Assembly (NCBI GenBank): GCA_041661605.1
Contig: JBAZUE010000001.1
Span: 66,786-128,483 of the forward strand
DNA: 61,698 nucleotides
From: Candidatus Omnitrophota bacterium
Lineage (GTDB): Bacteria; Omnitrophota; Gorgyraeia; Gygaellales; Profunditerraquicolaceae
Direction: 5' to 3'
Translations under genes and position numbers: made by a program
In this document: piece by piece, positions 57,765 through 61,698 of the stretch
Position numbering within the stretch: position 1 is the first letter of the stretch
How the letters are laid out: every line of letters starts with the position of its first letter
Notes under the pieces: model-generated
The model's input: the letters and a program-made list of their open reading frames with translations, nothing else
Told to the model about the DNA's origin: nothing
The model's database searches: none

Positions 57765-58716
57765 AGATTTAAGTATTGAGTTGTACCGGAAGATGTATTT
57801 GATCCGTTCTTGTGAAGAGAATATCCGTAAAGTTTATTGCGAAGACGAAATGAAAACCCCCATGCATATGTCGATGGGAGCCGAAGCCATAAATGCCGGA
57901 GTGTGCCAGGCTTTAAATAAGGATGACCAGGTTTTTGGTACTTACCGGTCTCACGCTCTTTATCTGGCTAAGACCGGTAATATTTATAATTTTTTCGCTG
58001 AAATGTACGGCAAGAACACGGCTTTATTAAAAGGCAAAGGCGGTTCAATGCATCTTTGCGACCCGCAAAAAGGGTTTATGGGTACTTCGGCGATTGTTGC
58101 CAGTTCCATCTCCGTGGCAGTCGGGGCGGCATTTGCCAATAAGGTTAAAGGCAATGGAAAAGTGGTCGCGGTATTTTTCGGAGACGGAGCAACTGATGAA
58201 GGGACATTTTGGGAGAGTATTAATGTTGCCGCGCTCATGAAAATTCCAGTTATTTTTATATGTGAAGATAACGGTTTAGCCGTGCATACCAGCGCCAAAC
58301 AGCGCAAAGGCTACAAGGACATTACTAAAGTAATCGGTAAATTTAATTGCAGTGTTTTTAAGGATGATACTACTAAAGTAGAACAGATCTATGATCTGGC
58401 CGCTAAGGCGATTAAATCCGCCCGCTCGACAAACGTACCTTGTTTTATTCAGCTTAAGTATTACCGGTATTTAGAGCATGTCGGTATAAATGAGGATTTC
58501 GATTCCGGATACCGCTCCCGGAATGAGTTCGCTGACTGGTATAAAAAAGATCCTATAATATTACAAAGGGCAAGGTTAAAAACTATCGGGGTCAGTGAAA
58601 AAGCTATTCAGGAGGCTGAAAAAGAAATAGACCGTAAAATAGTCGTTGTTATGAAGAAGGTCAAGTATGAGCCGTTTGCGCAAGTGCAAGAGCTTTATGA
58701 AGAGGTGCTTGAATGA
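57757..58716 (+). CDS. TPP-dependent dehydrogenase E1 alpha-like
   Basis: GAEA, YRSHA, GKGGSMH, FGDGATDEG...EDN (TPP motif) and RYLEH. Confidence 0.88.
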   Translation: MRKDLSIELYRKMYLIRSCEENIRKVYCEDEMKTPMHMSMGAEAINAGVCQALNKDDQVFGTYRSHALYLAKTGNIYNFFAEMYGKNTALLKGKGGSMHLCDPQKGFMGTSAIVASSISVAVGAAFANKVKGNGKVVAVFFGDGATDEGTFWESINVAALMKIPVIFICEDNGLAVHTSAKQRKGYKDITKVIGKFNCSVFKDDTTKVEQIYDLAAKAIKSARSTNVPCFIQLKYYRYLEHVGINEDFDSGYRSRNEFADWYKKDPIILQRARLKTIGVSEKAIQEAEKEIDRKIVVVMKKVKYEPFAQVQELYEEVLE

Positions 58717-59753
58717 GAAAACTTACTTATTGTGACGCTTTAAGAGAGGCAATGGTTCAGGAAATGGAAAGGGACAAGTCTGTTTTTGTTTACGGGATAG
58801 GCGTTCCTGACCACAAAGCTATTTTCGGTACTACTGCTGGTATACAAGAGCGTTTCGGGGCGCAAAGGTGTTTTGATACTCCGTTGGCTGAGGACACTAT
58901 GAGTGGGTTTGGTTTAGGTGCGGCGTTAAATGGTTTACGCCCGATAAATATCCATATTCGTGTGGATTTTTTATTACTGGCGATGAATCAGATAGCTAAT
59001 ATGATTTCTTGTTGTCGGTATTCTTCCCGGGGGATGCTTAAGGCCCCTATGGTCATTAGGGCGGTTATCGGACGCGGCTGGGGACAAGGTTTTCAGCATA
59101 GTAAAAGTATGCATTCAGTTTTCGCGCATATCCCCGGTTTAAAAGTGGTTTTACCTACTACTCCCCGGGATGCCAAAGGCTTGCTTACCGCGGCGATCCG
59201 CGATGATAATCCGGTTTTAATGATCGAGCACCGCTGGTTGTATTGGCAGGAAGGAGAGGTACCGCAGGCGCCTTTTGTTGAGCCCCTCGGTAAATCCAAT
59301 GTTATTAGGAATGGTAAAGATATAACTATTGTCGCTCTTTCCTGGATGAACGTGGAGGCTTTAAAAGCTGCTGAGATTTTGCAAAGGAGAGGTATAAGTG
59401 TAGAGATTGTTGACCCCCGGACAATCTCTCCTTTGGATGATGAGCCTATCGTTAGGTCTGTGAAGAAAACCGGCAGGTGCATTATTGCTGATTATGATTG
59501 GATACATTCCGGCTTTAGCGCTGAGATCGCCACTAAGATTTATGAAAAATGCCTTGGTAAATTAAAGCAGCCCATAGAAAGAATCGGTTTTGCTCCAACT
59601 CCCTGCCCGACAGTAAGGCATTTAGAGAATGAATTTTATCCCAACGCTATTAATATTATCAGGATGGTGGAGAAAATGTTGCATCTTAGCCCTACTGATC
59701 TGTCAGGCGAAGAATTTTACAGCCACGAAAAAAGATTTAAGGGACCGTTTTAG
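58713..59753 (+). CDS. TPP-dependent dehydrogenase E1 beta / transketolase C-terminal-like
   Basis: DTPLAE, GLRPI, PMVIR, GFQHS, PGLKVVLP and VDPRTISPLD. Confidence 0.88.
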   Translation: MRKLTYCDALREAMVQEMERDKSVFVYGIGVPDHKAIFGTTAGIQERFGAQRCFDTPLAEDTMSGFGLGAALNGLRPINIHIRVDFLLLAMNQIANMISCCRYSSRGMLKAPMVIRAVIGRGWGQGFQHSKSMHSVFAHIPGLKVVLPTTPRDAKGLLTAAIRDDNPVLMIEHRWLYWQEGEVPQAPFVEPLGKSNVIRNGKDITIVALSWMNVEALKAAEILQRRGISVEIVDPRTISPLDDEPIVRSVKKTGRCIIADYDWIHSGFSAEIATKIYEKCLGKLKQPIERIGFAPTPCPTVRHLENEFYPNAINIIRMVEKMLHLSPTDLSGEEFYSHEKRFKGPF

Positions 59754-59769
59754 TCAAAGGAGTCAAGTA

Positions 59770-60696
59770 ATGCCCAGGGCAACTTTTAAAGATTTTGCGC
59801 GCTCATTCGGCACCACGGTGAAGGATATTCCCGCGGAGTGCAAAAAACTGATTAAAGAAAAGGATTTTAGTTATGTGGTGCCGCAGGGTAAAGAGCGGGA
59901 TAATATTCTTTTGGGGATATTAAAGAAGATCGAATCTGATAAACAGATAATCGGCGCTAAAGAACGTCAGGATATCTGGCATAACGGCTGGGCGGAAAAT
60001 CTCAATAACTTTATTGAAAGCGGATATCGCCTGGATGCTTTGGTACCCAGGTTTATCAGGCCTAATCAGGCAATCCGTTTTAATCAAAATTATATCAGGC
60101 CGGCAAATCCGAATTTCGAATTGGACTATCTTTCGGTTTTTAGATTGTGGCTTTTTAATAAATACTTTTCCAAGATCGGATCCGTATATGAATTTGGCTG
60201 CGGCACGGGATTTAATCTGGTGGCATTGGCAAAAGCTTATCCGGATAAACTTCTTTATGGTTTGGATTTTGTGCAGTCATCATGCGATCTGGTTAATAAG
60301 ATCGCACAGGCACATAAGTTGAAATTGCACGGCCGGATATTTGATATGATCCATCCGGATAAAAATTTTAAATTAGCCAAGAACAGCGCGGTATTGACTT
60401 TTGGGTCGATTGAGCAATTAGCGAGTAAATTTGAGCCTTTCCTACAGTATCTTATAAAGCAGCATCCGGAAACCTGCGTTCACGTGGAACCTGCGATCGA
60501 ATTGTATGATGAGGATAATTTTGTGGATTACCTGGCGATAAAATTCCAGGGAAAGCGCGGCTATACGCATAATTTTCTGCCTCGCTTAAGAGAGTTGGAT
60601 AAAAAAGGAAAGATTAAATTACTAAAAGTAAAAAGGTTATTTTTCGGAAGTTTATATATGGAAGGCTATAATTTAATCGTCTGGAGGCCGGTATGA
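59770..60696 (+). CDS. Class I SAM methyltransferase-like
   Basis: VYEFGCGTGFN motif I. Start ATG 59770. Confidence 0.7.
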   Translation: MPRATFKDFARSFGTTVKDIPAECKKLIKEKDFSYVVPQGKERDNILLGILKKIESDKQIIGAKERQDIWHNGWAENLNNFIESGYRLDALVPRFIRPNQAIRFNQNYIRPANPNFELDYLSVFRLWLFNKYFSKIGSVYEFGCGTGFNLVALAKAYPDKLLYGLDFVQSSCDLVNKIAQAHKLKLHGRIFDMIHPDKNFKLAKNSAVLTFGSIEQLASKFEPFLQYLIKQHPETCVHVEPAIELYDEDNFVDYLAIKFQGKRGYTHNFLPRLRELDKKGKIKLLKVKRLFFGSLYMEGYNLIVWRPV

Positions 60697-61475
60697 ATTT
60701 AGGTATAAAGGATAAATACGCGTTAGTTACCGGAGGTTCTCATGGTATCGGTAAAGCAATCGCGCTGGCTTTAGCGGATGAAGGATGTAATGTCGCGATA
60801 TGTTCGCGGAAGCTTCCGGGCCTTACGGAAGTAAAAACGCAGTTAAAAACTAAAGGCGTTGACTGTTTGGCGATCCAGTCGGATGTTACGGTTAAAAAAG
60901 ATGTTGAGAGGGTGTTCAATCAAGTTATTAAAAAATGGGGTTCGTTACATATTTTGGTAAACAATGTTGGCGGCGGAGGAAGATGGGGCCAGGAGGATGT
61001 TGTTGGTACCGATGAAAAAGTATGGCAGGAAGTCTATGATAAAAATGTGACCAGTTCTGTCCGGTTTATCCGCCTGGCCATTCCGTATATGCGCAAACAG
61101 AAGTGGGGCAGGATTGTTAATATTACTTCTTTATATGGCAGGGAAGCCGGCGGCAGGCCGTGGTTTAATATCGCTAAAGTCGCCCAGACTGCTTTGATTA
61201 AAAACCTTTCGTTAAAGAAAGAGCTTGTTAGAGCCGGGATAACTTTTAATAGTGTTGCTCCGGGAGCGATTATGATCCCTGATACCGGCTGGGAAGCTGA
61301 ACAAAAGAAGAATCCCGCGAAATTTAAGGCCATGCTTGATGAAGAATTCCCTTTAGGCAGGTTAGGCAAACCGGAAGAGGTAGCAGATTTAGTGGTATTT
61401 ATTTGTTCGCAAAAGGCAAGTTTAATTAACGGGGCAGCGATCCCTGTAGACGGGTCAGAAGGGAGAAGTTTTTAG
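60693..61475 (+). CDS. SDR oxidoreductase (FabG-like)
   Basis: TGGSHGIG, LVNNVGG, NSVAPG and PLGRLGKPEEVA. The catalytic YxxxK appears as FNIAK. Confidence 0.85.
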   Translation: MNLGIKDKYALVTGGSHGIGKAIALALADEGCNVAICSRKLPGLTEVKTQLKTKGVDCLAIQSDVTVKKDVERVFNQVIKKWGSLHILVNNVGGGGRWGQEDVVGTDEKVWQEVYDKNVTSSVRFIRLAIPYMRKQKWGRIVNITSLYGREAGGRPWFNIAKVAQTALIKNLSLKKELVRAGITFNSVAPGAIMIPDTGWEAEQKKNPAKFKAMLDEEFPLGRLGKPEEVADLVVFICSQKASLINGAAIPVDGSEGRSF

Positions 61476-61478
61476 CCA

Positions 61479-61698
61479 ATGATTAAAGATAATATCTTAA
61501 AAAGTTTTAATAAGAGAAATATAGTTATTACCGGAGGCACCGGCCTGATCGGCAGGCAGATAGTGGATATTCTTTGCGCAACCGGAGCATACGTCAAAAT
61601 AATTTCTTTGGATAATATCAAGGTCAATGCTAAGGCAGAGCATGTTTTGGGAGATCTGACGGATTTTGATTTTTGCAAACAGGCAACCAAAGGGACGG
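61479..61698 (+). CDS. NAD-dependent epimerase/dehydratase (truncated by window end)
   Basis: MIKDNILKSFNKRNIVITGGTGLIGRQIV...GDLTD. Confidence 0.75.
   Translation, partial: MIKDNILKSFNKRNIVITGGTGLIGRQIVDILCATGAYVKIISLDNIKVNAKAEHVLGDLTDFDFCKQATKGT

Noticed and set aside
57757-59753. Central-metabolism pyruvate dehydrogenase
   Set aside because: No E2/E3 is adjacent, and the pair is embedded in NDP-sugar genes.
538-61690. Minus-strand and nested ORFs in the ORF track (e.g. 11245-12114, 18393-18932, 21921-22127)
   Set aside because: They are antisense or frame shadows of confidently identified + strand genes and show no recognisable motifs.
1-61698. tRNA, rRNA, tmRNA or prophage structural genes
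   Set aside because: No cloverleaf or rRNA-like sequence in the intergenic gaps. Phage-related content is limited to ORF6N and Bro-N-type regulators.

Overview
A 61.7 kb bacterial chromosomal window in which essentially all real genes lie on the + strand. Gene content and style resemble Candidatus Omnitrophota (PVC group), which is inference only. 1-3.2 kb: end of a type IV pilus/T2SS operon (PilO-like, PilP-like, pilin, secretin). 3.3-14 kb: housekeeping genes (DUF2344, Rne/Rng, rplU, obgE, proBA, nadD, rpe, phosphohexomutase, rpsA, tyrS). 14-30.3 kb: an accessory region with a RAYT/Y1 HUH transposase, a SemiSWEET-rfb rhamnose block, two RfbE-like epimerases and a string of single-gene or small modules (ORF6N, papain-like protease plus an unannotated 54-aa ORF, AbiE toxin-antitoxin, a GxW-repeat protein and its decayed copy, Acs-ACP-MBOAT-SGNH). 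30.4-61.7 kb: a very large surface-glycan locus with six radical SAM enzymes, a NeuB/PseG/SpsF set, WbpBDE, a HisH/HisF/amidotransferase triad and a TPP E1 alpha/beta pair. The main unexplained signal is a fixed-length 51-bp bipartite repeat (consensus RTATTTCTTTTGTAAC-N17-ATTACGTAGACTGTCTAC, ending in the palindrome GTAGAC-N-GTCTAC) seen 12 times, plus one degenerate candidate. It brackets the RAYT gene as inverted repeats, and elsewhere it follows each cargo module as a direct repeat, giving an integron-like cassette array with no integrase in the window. A second, unrelated GGGAC hairpin repeat forms a 75-bp in-frame insertion inside rfbB. No tRNA, rRNA or CRISPR array was seen. All alignments were done by eye.
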